Assembly (NCBI GenBank): GCA_040218735.1
Contig: JAVJQW010000046.1
Span: 192,001-256,000 of the forward strand
Direction: 5' to 3'
Source: Deltaproteobacteria bacterium
Lineage (GTDB): Bacteria > Myxococcota > Kuafuiibacteriia > Kuafuiibacteriales > Kuafuiibacteriaceae
Length of the DNA: 64,000 bases
Position 1 is the first letter of the stretch. Every line of letters begins with the position of its first letter. Below, one piece after another: positions 1 through 8,922 of this stretch. The notes below the pieces were generated by a model. That model was not told the DNA's origin. It searched no databases and was given only the letters and a program-made list of their open reading frames with translations. Made by a program: the position numbers and the translations under genes.

Positions 1-1
1 C

Positions 2-1519
2 ACCGGCGGCCCCACGTACGTGTGCCCCGTCGGACCGCTCGCCGCGGGCGGGAGCGTCACGGTGGCCTTCGACGTCGAGGCGACGGCGGCCGGCACCTTC
101 ACCGCCACCGCGGCGGTGTCCGCGGCGGTTCAGGACCCGGACTCCGCGAACGACGCGGACGAGGTCGCGCTCGTCGTGACCGCACCCAACACCCCCTGCG
201 GCTTCGTCACGTTGTTTGGGGCGTGCGCCGACGACACCCTCAGCTTCTGCGAGGATCGCGGTCGCCCCGCCGAGCGGTTGGTGGAGGTCGACTGCGCCAC
301 CGATGCGTTCCCGGCCGGAGTCCCCGGACAGTGCACGCTCATCAACGCGAGCTACGGCTTCGACTGCGCGGTCTCCCCCGGCGGAGTCTGTGCGTTCGTC
401 GACGCGCAGGACCGCCCCATCTTCGCGCTCTGCGCAGGCGACGCGGCCGGCTGTCGGATCGATCCCAGCGCAGGCACCGCGCAGTGTGAGCTCGGACTGC
501 CGGCGTGTCTGTCGGAGGGGTTCGACGTGCAGTGCGCGGGGGACCTGTTGGTGCAGGAGTGTCAGGTCGATCAGCCGGTCGTGCTGGACTGTGCGTCGAT
601 CGGTGGCGAGTGCGCCAACGCGCGGTGCGAGGCGTTGCCGCTCGGCGCGCCCTGCGAGGCCGGACGTTTGCTGTGCGCGACGGGCCTCGTCTGCGACGCG
701 GTGTCCGAGCGCTGCGGGGATCCGGCGCAGCGCTGCGATCCCACGACCTACCGGAGCCGCTGCGACGGCACCACGCTCACCGCCTGCGACCGAACCCGGA
801 GCCGCGTCGTCTCCGTCGATTGCAACGCAGCTTTCACGCCCTCCGACGGCACGACCTGCGGCGCGCCGTTCACGTGCCAGGGGCGCAGCTGCGGCGATGT
901 CAACCTGACTTGCATCGGCGGGGGTGAAGGCGCCCGCTGCGATCTCGCGCGCGAGATCTACTGCGGTGCGGGCTTCGGGTGTGTGCTCGAACGCGACGTG
1001 AGCGGCGACATCGGCGGCGTCTGCCGAAGCACGTCGATGTGCGCGGCCCCGCCCGACCCGGCCTGCGTCGGTGACATCGCGCCGGTCTGCCTCCGCGGGG
1101 AGGGCATCACCGCCGTGGAGGCGCAGGGCGTGGACTGCGCGAGCTTCGGCGGCGCCTGCGGCATGGATGGGACGACCGCGATCTGCGTTGGCGGCGTGGA
1201 CGCCGTGTGCCAGGTCGTGGCGCGGGGCGGCGCGTTGCTCCGTTGCCAGTCGGGGCTCACGTGCGAGGACGTCGACCCCGACGGCTTCGGCGTCTGCCGC
1301 GGCGAGGTGGAAGAAGTCGACGGTGGCGTGCGGACCGACGCATCCACGCCGGGCCGTGACGGAGGCGTCGCGGACGCTCCAGACGCCGGGGTCGAGCCCC
1401 CCGAGGACGGCGAAGGCTGTAGTTGCCGCGCCGCGCCGCGTTCGTCCGACGCCGAGTCGGGATGGCTGCTCCTGGCGCTCCTCCTCGGGCGCCCGAGAAA
1501 AAAACGCCCCCGCCATTGA
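2..1519 (+). CDS. Cys-rich surface protein with DUF11-like Ig domain remnant and MYXO-CTERM-like C-terminal sorting signal (5' partial)
   Basis: Frame open from the window edge; DUF11-like 'GPLAAGGSVTV...DPDSAND'; many Cys; ends GCSCRAA...WLLLALLLGRPRKKR (GCxC, hydrophobic stretch, basic tail). Confidence 0.8.
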   Translation, partial: TGGPTYVCPVGPLAAGGSVTVAFDVEATAAGTFTATAAVSAAVQDPDSANDADEVALVVTAPNTPCGFVTLFGACADDTLSFCEDRGRPAERLVEVDCATDAFPAGVPGQCTLINASYGFDCAVSPGGVCAFVDAQDRPIFALCAGDAAGCRIDPSAGTAQCELGLPACLSEGFDVQCAGDLLVQECQVDQPVVLDCASIGGECANARCEALPLGAPCEAGRLLCATGLVCDAVSERCGDPAQRCDPTTYRSRCDGTTLTACDRTRSRVVSVDCNAAFTPSDGTTCGAPFTCQGRSCGDVNLTCIGGGEGARCDLAREIYCGAGFGCVLERDVSGDIGGVCRSTSMCAAPPDPACVGDIAPVCLRGEGITAVEAQGVDCASFGGACGMDGTTAICVGGVDAVCQVVARGGALLRCQSGLTCEDVDPDGFGVCRGEVEEVDGGVRTDASTPGRDGGVADAPDAGVEPPEDGEGCSCRAAPRSSDAESGWLLLALLLGRPRKKRPRH

Positions 1520-1543
1520 ACGGTCCGGTGGAGTCGGGCGTTG
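1517..1543 (+). promoter_or_regulatory. Putative ECF-sigma promoter (autoregulatory)
   Basis: TGAAC-N17-CGTTG directly upstream of the ECF sigma GTG at 1557; matches the generic ECF AAC/CGT bipartite consensus. Confidence 0.55.
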
Positions 1544-1556
1544 TGTCCCCCGAACC

Positions 1557-2105
1557 GTGCGGGACCTCACCGACGAAGCCCTGATCCTCGCCGTCCGCCG
1601 CGGCGAGATCCGCGCCTTCGACGAGCTGTACCGCCGCTACGCCGACCGTCTCTTCGGGTACCTGCTGAGGTACGTCACGGACCGCGCCGAGGCCGAGGAC
1701 CTCCTCCAGGAGGTCTTCATGGCCGTCCTCAAGGACCAGGCGTTGGAGCTGCGCCCCGGACAGGTCGGTGGCTGGTTCTTCACCGTCGCCAAGAACCGCG
1801 CGCTGTCACGGGTCCGTCGGCGCCGCACCGAAGAGAAACACCGCCCCGAGCCGCCCGCGCCGATCGAGACCCCCGAGGCCAACGCCGAGCGCCGCGAGCT
1901 GGTCGCGCGCGTCGAGCTCGCCGTCGAAGGGCTCCCCCAACCGCAAGCCGAGGCGCTGATGCTCAAAGTCGTCGGCGGCCTCACCTACGCGCAGATCGCC
2001 AGCGTGCAGGACGTGCCCGAAGGCACCGCGAAGTCGCGCCTGCACCACGCCATCCGCGCCGTGCGCGCCTTCTTCGCGCGCGACCAAGAAGGAGAAATCT
2101 CATGA
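1557..2105 (+). CDS. ECF RNA polymerase sigma factor
   Basis: Region 2 'AFDELYRRY...AEDLLQEVF' and region 4 'GLTYAQIA...GTAKSRLHHA'; start reassigned to GTG 1557 within ORF 1071..2105. Confidence 0.92.
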   Translation: MRDLTDEALILAVRRGEIRAFDELYRRYADRLFGYLLRYVTDRAEAEDLLQEVFMAVLKDQALELRPGQVGGWFFTVAKNRALSRVRRRRTEEKHRPEPPAPIETPEANAERRELVARVELAVEGLPQPQAEALMLKVVGGLTYAQIASVQDVPEGTAKSRLHHAIRAVRAFFARDQEGEIS

Positions 2106-2530
2106 ACCACGAAGAATGCCTGGACGCCCTGCACGACCACCACTTCGGTGAGCTCGACCGCGCGACCGACGACGCCGTGCGCGCCCACCTCGCCGACTGC
2201 AGCGACTGCGCGCTCGAGTACTGCCGCCTGCGCGCGGACCTCGATCGCCTCGGCGCACTGCAGACCGCGCGACCGAGCGCCGCGGTGCGCGCCGCGCTGC
2301 GCGCGAAGGTCGAGGCCGAGTTCACGCCGACGTTGTTCGACCGCATCCGCGCGTTCTTCGCGGCGCCCGTCCCGATCTACCAGCCGGCCATGGTGCTGGC
2401 GCTCGTCGTCGCGGTCGTCGCCGTCGCGTGGCCGTCCGACTCTACGTCCTCCGTCCCCACCTCCAACCCGACCGTCGTCGACGACTTCGACGGCGCGGAC
2501 CTTCGCATCGTGGACCACCGCGTCCTCTGA
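2102..2530 (+). CDS. Zinc-finger (ZAS/zf-HC2) transmembrane anti-sigma factor
   Basis: ATGA overlap with the sigma gene, RBS GGAG, HLADCSDC (HxxxCxxC), single TM 'MVLALVVAVVAVAW'. Confidence 0.88.
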   Translation: MNHEECLDALHDHHFGELDRATDDAVRAHLADCSDCALEYCRLRADLDRLGALQTARPSAAVRAALRAKVEAEFTPTLFDRIRAFFAAPVPIYQPAMVLALVVAVVAVAWPSDSTSSVPTSNPTVVDDFDGADLRIVDHRVL

Positions 2531-2541
2531 GGAATCGAACC

Positions 2542-3714
2542 ATGAAGAAGACCCTCCTGTTTGCACTGACCCTCTGCTTCGTCGGCACTCCGCTCGCGCG
2601 CGCCGGCGATCCCTTCCACCCCGAAGACCGACGCCCGACGATCGAAAACGCGAAGGCGATGTTCACGGAGGTCGACCGCCTCGTGAAGAAGGAGTTCGTC
2701 GACAAGGCGGCCTCCGAGGACGACGCGCGCTGGAGCCAGGCGATCCACGGGATGCTGAAGGGCCTCGGCCCGAACAATCAGCTCCTCACGCCCGAGGACC
2801 TGAAGGTCATGAAGGGCAGCGTGAAGGGCTCGATCAAGGGCATCGGCGTGGCGTTCGAGAAGGTCCAGGACCTCGTCATCGTGCGCGAAGTGCTGCCGAA
2901 CGCGCCGGCGTCGGGCACGCGGATGCAGGCGAGCGATCGCATCCTCGCCGTCGACGGGAAGTTCCTCGCGGAGGCGTCGATGATGGACATCGTCCAGATG
3001 ATCCGCGGCGAAGAGGGCACCTCGGTCGAGCTACTCATGCAGCGCGGCACCGAGGAGTGGACCGAGACGATCACGCGCGGCTCGATCACGTACCACAGCG
3101 TCCAGTTCTTCGTGCGCCCCGACCGCGTCGGTTACCTGCGCATCACGAGCTTCACCGAGACGGTGCCGAAGGACCTCGACGCGGCGCTCGCCCAGGCGAA
3201 GAAGGCCGGCGTGCAGTCGATGGTCCTCGACCTTCGCAACTGCCCGGGCGGGCTGTTCAACGTGTCGACCGACGTCGCCGATCGTTTCCTCTCGCGCGGT
3301 CGCACGATCGTCTCCGTGAAGCGGCGCGACGGCACGACCGAGACCTTCCGCGCCAAGGACAACGCCGCGTTCACCGGCAAGCTCGTCGTGCTCGTGAACG
3401 AGAAGTCCGCGTCGAGCGCAGAGATCCTCGCCGCGGCGCTCTCGGAGAACGGCCGCGCGACGCTCGTGGGCGAGAAGACGTTCGGCAAGGGCACCGTCGA
3501 GAAGATCTTCGAGCTCTCCGGCGGCTTCGGCCTCAAGCTCACCGTCTCGCGGTTCTACTCGCCCGACGGCAACAACTGGCAGGACAAGGGCATCGAGCCG
3601 GCGTTTGTCATCCCGAGTGACTTCGCGCCGAAGCCCGCCTACACGAAGGAGCCCGCGCAGGACCTCGAGCAGGACGCGCAGCTCAAGGCAGCGCTCGGCG
3701 TCCTGAAGTTCTGA
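2542..3714 (+). CDS. ctpA: S41 carboxy-terminal processing protease with PDZ domain
   Basis: Signal peptide MKKTLLF; PDZ 'GIGV'; 'LDLRNCPGG', 'SASSAEI', 'GEKTFGKG'. Confidence 0.9.
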   Translation: MKKTLLFALTLCFVGTPLARAGDPFHPEDRRPTIENAKAMFTEVDRLVKKEFVDKAASEDDARWSQAIHGMLKGLGPNNQLLTPEDLKVMKGSVKGSIKGIGVAFEKVQDLVIVREVLPNAPASGTRMQASDRILAVDGKFLAEASMMDIVQMIRGEEGTSVELLMQRGTEEWTETITRGSITYHSVQFFVRPDRVGYLRITSFTETVPKDLDAALAQAKKAGVQSMVLDLRNCPGGLFNVSTDVADRFLSRGRTIVSVKRRDGTTETFRAKDNAAFTGKLVVLVNEKSASSAEILAAALSENGRATLVGEKTFGKGTVEKIFELSGGFGLKLTVSRFYSPDGNNWQDKGIEPAFVIPSDFAPKPAYTKEPAQDLEQDAQLKAALGVLKF

Positions 3715-3734
3715 CGAAGAATTCCTCGCGGACC

Positions 3735-3762
3735 TGTCACGTCGCCGGCGGAGCCGGGGTCT
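3735..3762 (+). promoter_or_regulatory. Putative ECF41/SigJ-like promoter
   Basis: TGTCACG-N16-GGTC versus the consensus TGTCACA-N16-CGTC, just upstream of the 3772 gene. Confidence 0.35.
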
Positions 3763-3771
3763 TTCGAATGC

Positions 3772-6018
3772 GTGATGAATCGCATGAAGACCCCGACGCT
3801 GGGGATGACCGCCTTGCTCCTCGCCGCCTGCGGCGGAGCACCCGCTACGTTCGACGAGGCCACGAGCGAGACGATCGGCACGGGCTCACCGCCCATCGAC
3901 GACGACATCGCCTCGCTCGTCGAGCCCGATCGGCTCGTGGGGATCGGGATCTCTGGGACAACCGACGAGGTCCTCGCGTGGACCGCGGCGAACACCGTCA
4001 GCGGTGGCAACGCGACGAACTTCGCTTGGACCCGCTCCCCCAACCGCTTCACCACGGCGCCCAATCACTCCGCGGCGCAGATCGTCGCGAACGCGGTCGC
4101 GACCGACGGAACGGTGCACACCTGGTACGGGGACGGCACGTACACCACCGGTGACTCCAACCACCTCGCCTTCCAGGGCCCGCAGGCCTTCGGGATCCCG
4201 GGCGGACGGACGCCGCTGAACATCGTCGGCATCGCGATCGCCAAACCCTCCGACCTCGTCTACGCGTGGTACGACGACGGGCAGGTGAGCGTCGGCGACG
4301 CCTGGGACCTCGGTTCGCGAACGGGTCCGCACCGGATGTGGCCGACGGAGCGCGCGTACGCACCGGCCGCCGGGCGGACCCCGGCCGACGTGATCGATAT
4401 GGCGATCGAGGTGGCGCGCGTGAACCGCGTCGTCGCTTGGTATCGCGACGGGTACGCGAGCGAGGGGACCTTCGAGGACCTGGACGCCCACCGCGGGCCG
4501 TTCCACTACACGCGACACGGGGTGTTGAAGGGGGTCTATCCCGAGACGCCGCCGTCGCTGCCTTCGGGACCGCCGTCCGCGGCGCCGCCGTGGTCGTCTG
4601 CGCCGCCGGTGTCGATGCTGGACATCAGCGCCGGCGACCAGGACAACGGCGTGGCGGCCGGCCACAACTTCTTCGCGGTCGCGCTGAATGACTCCGTCCG
4701 GTTCTACACCCGCGACGGCACGTCGCTGATGACCGCGGATCTCGACGCGATGTTCGAACCCTTCAAGCGGTCGTCACCCAACGGGGCAACGCCCCGCCCG
4801 CTCGACGTCAACCACTACATCGGCTTCGACACCCCCTGCGACGACCCGTCCTATCCGACGACCAACGCCTACCGCTACTGCGTGAGCGGCGGCGCGTACG
4901 ACACCCGGGTGGAGTACGACAAGATCGGTCGCCGCTTCGTGATCGTCGCGCAGATCAGAAATCCGCTGTGGACGAACATCTTCTCCGCCAATCCCCGGCA
5001 GAACATCTCGCCCGCCGAGCCCTACGTCAGCGGCTACGCCTACCCGAACCCTCCGGACGGCGCGCCCAAGACCATGAACGCCGGGGCCAACGGTGGGCTC
5101 GCGCGTCGCCTGAAGGTGGTGGCCGTCTCGCGCGCCGAGGATCCGGCGCTCGGCTTTCACACCTACGTGTTCGTCCAGAACAACTACCGCGACTGGCCGT
5201 GGATGAGCATCAACGGCGACTGGCTCGTCCTCGCGAACCGTGGACCCGAGCAGATCAACGGGCCGGTCGCGACGTTGATGTCCCTCGCAGAGCTGCGCGA
5301 CGGCGTGGAGCGGCCTCAGTTCGTACACTACAAACGGCAAGAGCTCGAGGGTGCGATCGTCGCCGGTCCGGCGCGCCACCACGGGACGCCGCAGTCACTC
5401 CTCCTCGGCGTGGATGACGATGCCACGTGGCGCGTGTTTGCGCTGACCCACCCGACGCTGCCCTACGACAAGGTCCCCGCCGGGAGCACGGTGCTGCCGG
5501 TCCCCGGTCGAGACGTGACCAACGAGCGTGCGGTGTACCGCGACGGTTTCCTCCACGTGGTGGCGCACTTCCCGCGAACCGGAATGGGGGGCTTCTTCGA
5601 GATCGACTACTTCCGGATCCCGGTCACGATGAACGGCAACGTCCCGGTGCTCTCGGTTCGGTACCCGGGCTTCCGATCCGCGTCCTACTCGGACCCGACC
5701 CAAGCCCGGTCGTACGAGGAGCCGGGCATGCAGGTGAACAGCACGGGCGACGTCCTGCTCCTGTACGGCGCGGCGAGCGGCGGCGTCGTCGCGGCCCAAG
5801 ACCAGGTGTTCCGCGTCCTGTGGCCCGCGAACGCGTCGGCGCCATCGTCGCCGGTGGTCTGGCGCTCCGGCCAGATCGATGTCAGCAGCCACGGGGACGT
5901 GATCCATGCGCTCCACTTCGCTACGGACCCCGTCGACCCCACGGCGTTCTGGGCCATCCACAAGGTTCGCAACGCCGCGGGCAGCTGGCGCACCTTCGTG
6001 GGGACGTACAAGCCGTAG
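3772..6018 (+). CDS. Large lipoprotein with four N-terminal ~45-55 aa repeats and a probable beta-propeller C-terminal region
   Basis: Lipobox LLLAAC; repeats 'IVGIAI...VYAWYxDG..S.G'; start could be 3775 or 3784. Confidence 0.75.
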   Translation: MMNRMKTPTLGMTALLLAACGGAPATFDEATSETIGTGSPPIDDDIASLVEPDRLVGIGISGTTDEVLAWTAANTVSGGNATNFAWTRSPNRFTTAPNHSAAQIVANAVATDGTVHTWYGDGTYTTGDSNHLAFQGPQAFGIPGGRTPLNIVGIAIAKPSDLVYAWYDDGQVSVGDAWDLGSRTGPHRMWPTERAYAPAAGRTPADVIDMAIEVARVNRVVAWYRDGYASEGTFEDLDAHRGPFHYTRHGVLKGVYPETPPSLPSGPPSAAPPWSSAPPVSMLDISAGDQDNGVAAGHNFFAVALNDSVRFYTRDGTSLMTADLDAMFEPFKRSSPNGATPRPLDVNHYIGFDTPCDDPSYPTTNAYRYCVSGGAYDTRVEYDKIGRRFVIVAQIRNPLWTNIFSANPRQNISPAEPYVSGYAYPNPPDGAPKTMNAGANGGLARRLKVVAVSRAEDPALGFHTYVFVQNNYRDWPWMSINGDWLVLANRGPEQINGPVATLMSLAELRDGVERPQFVHYKRQELEGAIVAGPARHHGTPQSLLLGVDDDATWRVFALTHPTLPYDKVPAGSTVLPVPGRDVTNERAVYRDGFLHVVAHFPRTGMGGFFEIDYFRIPVTMNGNVPVLSVRYPGFRSASYSDPTQARSYEEPGMQVNSTGDVLLLYGAASGGVVAAQDQVFRVLWPANASAPSSPVVWRSGQIDVSSHGDVIHALHFATDPVDPTAFWAIHKVRNAAGSWRTFVGTYKP

Positions 6019-6070
6019 CTCACGGCCGCGCCCTTGTGTGGGGATTGGCGCCCACGTAGAACGCCGGGCG

Positions 6071-7177
6071 ATGAGCAAGCTGTCGATCGAAGAGGTCCGC
6101 GAGGGTCGCACGATGGAGGCGACCTTCTGGCTCAACCCGGTCGACGGCGAGAAGTACCGCTTCCGGGCGACCCACCTCGACGGTCGGCGCGCCCCAAAGG
6201 TCGTCCTCTCCGACGACGCGCGCATCACGCCCGGCACGCCGTGCCGGGTGCGCGTGAAGAAGGTCCACAAGAAGGAGCGCAAACACCGCGGCTGGATCGA
6301 GGTGGAGTTCATCGAGCGCGTGTCGTTCGAGCCGGACGGCGTCTACCTCGACCCGGTGGTGTCGAAGAAACTCCAGGTCTGCCTGGAGAGCGGGCTCAAC
6401 ATCCTCCTCGACGGACCGCAGGGCTGCGGCAAGACGGTGCTCGCGCGCGCGATCGGCAAGTCGCTCGGGATGGAGCTCGTGTTCTTCAACTGCGCCGCCG
6501 TCGTCGAGGCCACCGACTTCCTCGCCACGATCCAGGTGCGGGCGGGCGAGGGCGGTGCGCCGGTCACCGACTTCGTGAAGACGGAGATCCTCACCGCGCT
6601 GGAGGCGGCCGCCGAGAACCCGGGGCGTCGCTACCTCGTGTTCTTGGACGAGCTCAACCGCTGCCAAGAGAGCGCGCGCAACGCGTTGATGCCGGCGCTC
6701 GATTCGTCGCGGCGGGTCTTCGATCCGACGAGCAACCGCTTCGTCGAGATCCCCGACAACGTGCTGTTCATCGCGGCCGTCAACCGCGGCTCGGAGTTCT
6801 CGGGGACGTTCGGGATCGACGCCGCGCAGCTCGATCGCTTCGCCCCGATCCAGATGACGTACCTCCCTCCGAAGGAGGAGGAGCGCCTCCTCGCGGACCG
6901 GCACCCGGAGCTCGGCAAGAAGATCGTTCACGCGATCGTCGATCTCGCGGATCGCATTCGGCACATGTCCGATCTCCAGAGCGGCCTCTCCGTGCGCGCG
7001 ACGGAGGAGGTGTGCATCTACCTCAAACACCCGCTCTTCGAGGAAGACCGGTGGGCCGCGCTCCCCGAGATCCTGAAGTCGTCGTTCTGCGGGCGCTTCT
7101 CCGGTTCGTGGGGTGACACGACGACCGACGCCGGCGCGGTGTGGCTCGTCATCGAGCGCGCGTTAGTCGAGGACTGA
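6071..7177 (+). CDS. CbbQ/NirQ/MoxR-type AAA+ ATPase (AAA_5) with extra N-terminal domain
   Basis: Walker A GPQGCGKT, Walker B VFLDELNR, 'AAQLDRF'; ATG at 6071. Confidence 0.85.
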   Translation: MSKLSIEEVREGRTMEATFWLNPVDGEKYRFRATHLDGRRAPKVVLSDDARITPGTPCRVRVKKVHKKERKHRGWIEVEFIERVSFEPDGVYLDPVVSKKLQVCLESGLNILLDGPQGCGKTVLARAIGKSLGMELVFFNCAAVVEATDFLATIQVRAGEGGAPVTDFVKTEILTALEAAAENPGRRYLVFLDELNRCQESARNALMPALDSSRRVFDPTSNRFVEIPDNVLFIAAVNRGSEFSGTFGIDAAQLDRFAPIQMTYLPPKEEERLLADRHPELGKKIVHAIVDLADRIRHMSDLQSGLSVRATEEVCIYLKHPLFEEDRWAALPEILKSSFCGRFSGSWGDTTTDAGAVWLVIERALVED

Positions 7178-8053
7178 CCACTTCCACACCATCTCGAACG
7201 GCACGAACGCACCGTCCATCTGCATCCCGCAGAACACCGCCTCGTCGAGGACGAGGGGCCCACCGAACAGGAGCGGCACGCGGACCGCGCTCGCCGCCGG
7301 GTACTGGATGCTGCCGCGCCACTCGACGTCGACGCGGTCGGCCGTACGACGCACGGTGATCTTCGCGCCGGGCACGAGGAGCGCGAGCGCGACGCGCCAG
7401 GTGGTGTCGGGGTTGGCGTAGCCGCCGCGGATGACGTGAGGGGCGGAGCGCGACTCGCCGACCGGCGTGTCCTTCGCGAGCCGACGCACGATACGCCGGA
7501 CGTTGGCGGACGCCATCGCGAAGTCCGACTCGAGCACCAGCGGGTCGCCGGTCGCCGCGCCGCCGCGGCAGAGGCGTCGACGCTTCACGAGCGGCTCGGC
7601 CTGTCGCGCGCGTTCGGACGCTTCCGTCCCGCGGTGCGCGAGCTCCAGCGTCTCGCGCGCGACCTCGGGGAAGCCGACGAGGGCGCCGCCGATCGCCATG
7701 TGGAAGTTCGCCCAGCGCACCGCGAGGCGCTGGCGCGTCGTGAACACCGCTTCGCCATCGCGCGGCGCGGGGTGACCGGCGCACGTTCGATCGGATCCGT
7801 TCGAGAGTCGTACGCGGCAGCTCATGGCCTTCGTCTCGGCCGCGAGCTGCGCGAGCCCGAACGTCACGGCCACCGCGAACGCACCGAGGACGATCGGCGT
7901 TCGGCGCCGCACGAACAACGCGACGGCGCCGGCGACGAGCGCTAACGTCAGCACCCACGCCGCGAACAGCGCCGCGCTCGCGGCGACGTGCACCAGGACC
8001 ATCGCGACGATGACGCGGAGGACGAGCTCGACGACCTGGGTGCGGGCGTTCAC
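7163..8053 (-). CDS. Hypothetical membrane protein
   Basis: GTG start overlaps the upstream stop (GTGA); about three N-terminal hydrophobic helices. Confidence 0.65.
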   Translation of the reverse strand: MNARTQVVELVLRVIVAMVLVHVAASAALFAAWVLTLALVAGAVALFVRRRTPIVLGAFAVAVTFGLAQLAAETKAMSCRVRLSNGSDRTCAGHPAPRDGEAVFTTRQRLAVRWANFHMAIGGALVGFPEVARETLELAHRGTEASERARQAEPLVKRRRLCRGGAATGDPLVLESDFAMASANVRRIVRRLAKDTPVGESRSAPHVIRGGYANPDTTWRVALALLVPGAKITVRRTADRVDVEWRGSIQYPAASAVRVPLLFGGPLVLDEAVFCGMQMDGAFVPFEMVWKWSVLD

Positions 8054-8838
8054 GCGAGCTTCGTCGCGACGGCGCCGTCGGGGCCGGTGATACTGTCGAT
8101 CTCCTCCACCTCCGCCGGTCCGATCGCTACGGTGGTGCGCGTCGGGACGCCGCCGAACTCCGTTCGCCCGGAGTCGGTGATCAGCGTGGTCGGGAGCTGC
8201 ATCGCGGTCGCGCGTTCGTGCGCGGCCAACAGATCCTCTTCGGTCTCGACCGACAGCACGACCTTCGCGAACCCGCGCCGGCTCCAGATCTCCATCGGTC
8301 CGTCGAGCGGAATGGAGAGCGCGCCGTCCTCGCCCTGGTCGCGCCGGAAGAACACCGCGAGCGAAGCGTGCGCGCACTGGGCAGCGATCTTGCCTTTGCG
8401 CATCTTGAGGTCACGTCGGTACAGCAGCACCTGCTTGGTCTTCGCCGGGCGGTACATCGCGCTGAACGCCGTCCATCCGTCCTCGCCTCGCAACGCTTGG
8501 TGAATCTCCATCCCGCCGTCGACGATCGTCCGCCGCGCGCGGTGCAGCTCGACGTCGCCCTTCGCGACGACCGAGTGCAGGCCCTCGTCGTCGATCGTCG
8601 TGGTGAGCGTCGAGCTCGGATCCTGCGGGAGCGGGTGCGGTCTTCCGTCCGGTATCGCGTCGAAGGCCACGCTCGCGGTCTGTTCGCCGAGTGTCCAACG
8701 CGCGAAGAACCGGAGCCGCTCGGCGTCGCCGAGGACCGTGTAGATCCCGCGCGAAGGCTTGGGCGTGTCGCCGTACTCGGAAGCCTCCGGGTCGAGGCGC
8801 CACAGACCGAGGTAGGGGGCGACGGCCAAAGCTGCCAT
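8050..8838 (-). CDS. pth2: Peptidyl-tRNA hydrolase 2 (Pth2) fused to an N-terminal lipocalin-like domain
   Basis: 'KQVLLYRRDLKMRKGKIAAQCAHAS', 'KVVL', 'ITDSGRTEF...TTVAIGP...IDSITG'. Confidence 0.88.
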   Translation of the reverse strand: MAALAVAPYLGLWRLDPEASEYGDTPKPSRGIYTVLGDAERLRFFARWTLGEQTASVAFDAIPDGRPHPLPQDPSSTLTTTIDDEGLHSVVAKGDVELHRARRTIVDGGMEIHQALRGEDGWTAFSAMYRPAKTKQVLLYRRDLKMRKGKIAAQCAHASLAVFFRRDQGEDGALSIPLDGPMEIWSRRGFAKVVLSVETEEDLLAAHERATAMQLPTTLITDSGRTEFGGVPTRTTVAIGPAEVEEIDSITGPDGAVATKLA

Positions 8839-8922
8839 TAAACTACCGAACTACGCCGACCCGCACCATCGGCGTGATGACGCCTGGCGTCGCGCGCTCA
8901 CGGGCGGCAGAACGTGCCTCCC

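Noticed and set aside
6071-7177. AAA ATPase as an McrB restriction GTPase
   Set aside because: It lacks the NxxD signature and has no adjacent mcrC; motifs fit the CbbQ/MoxR type.
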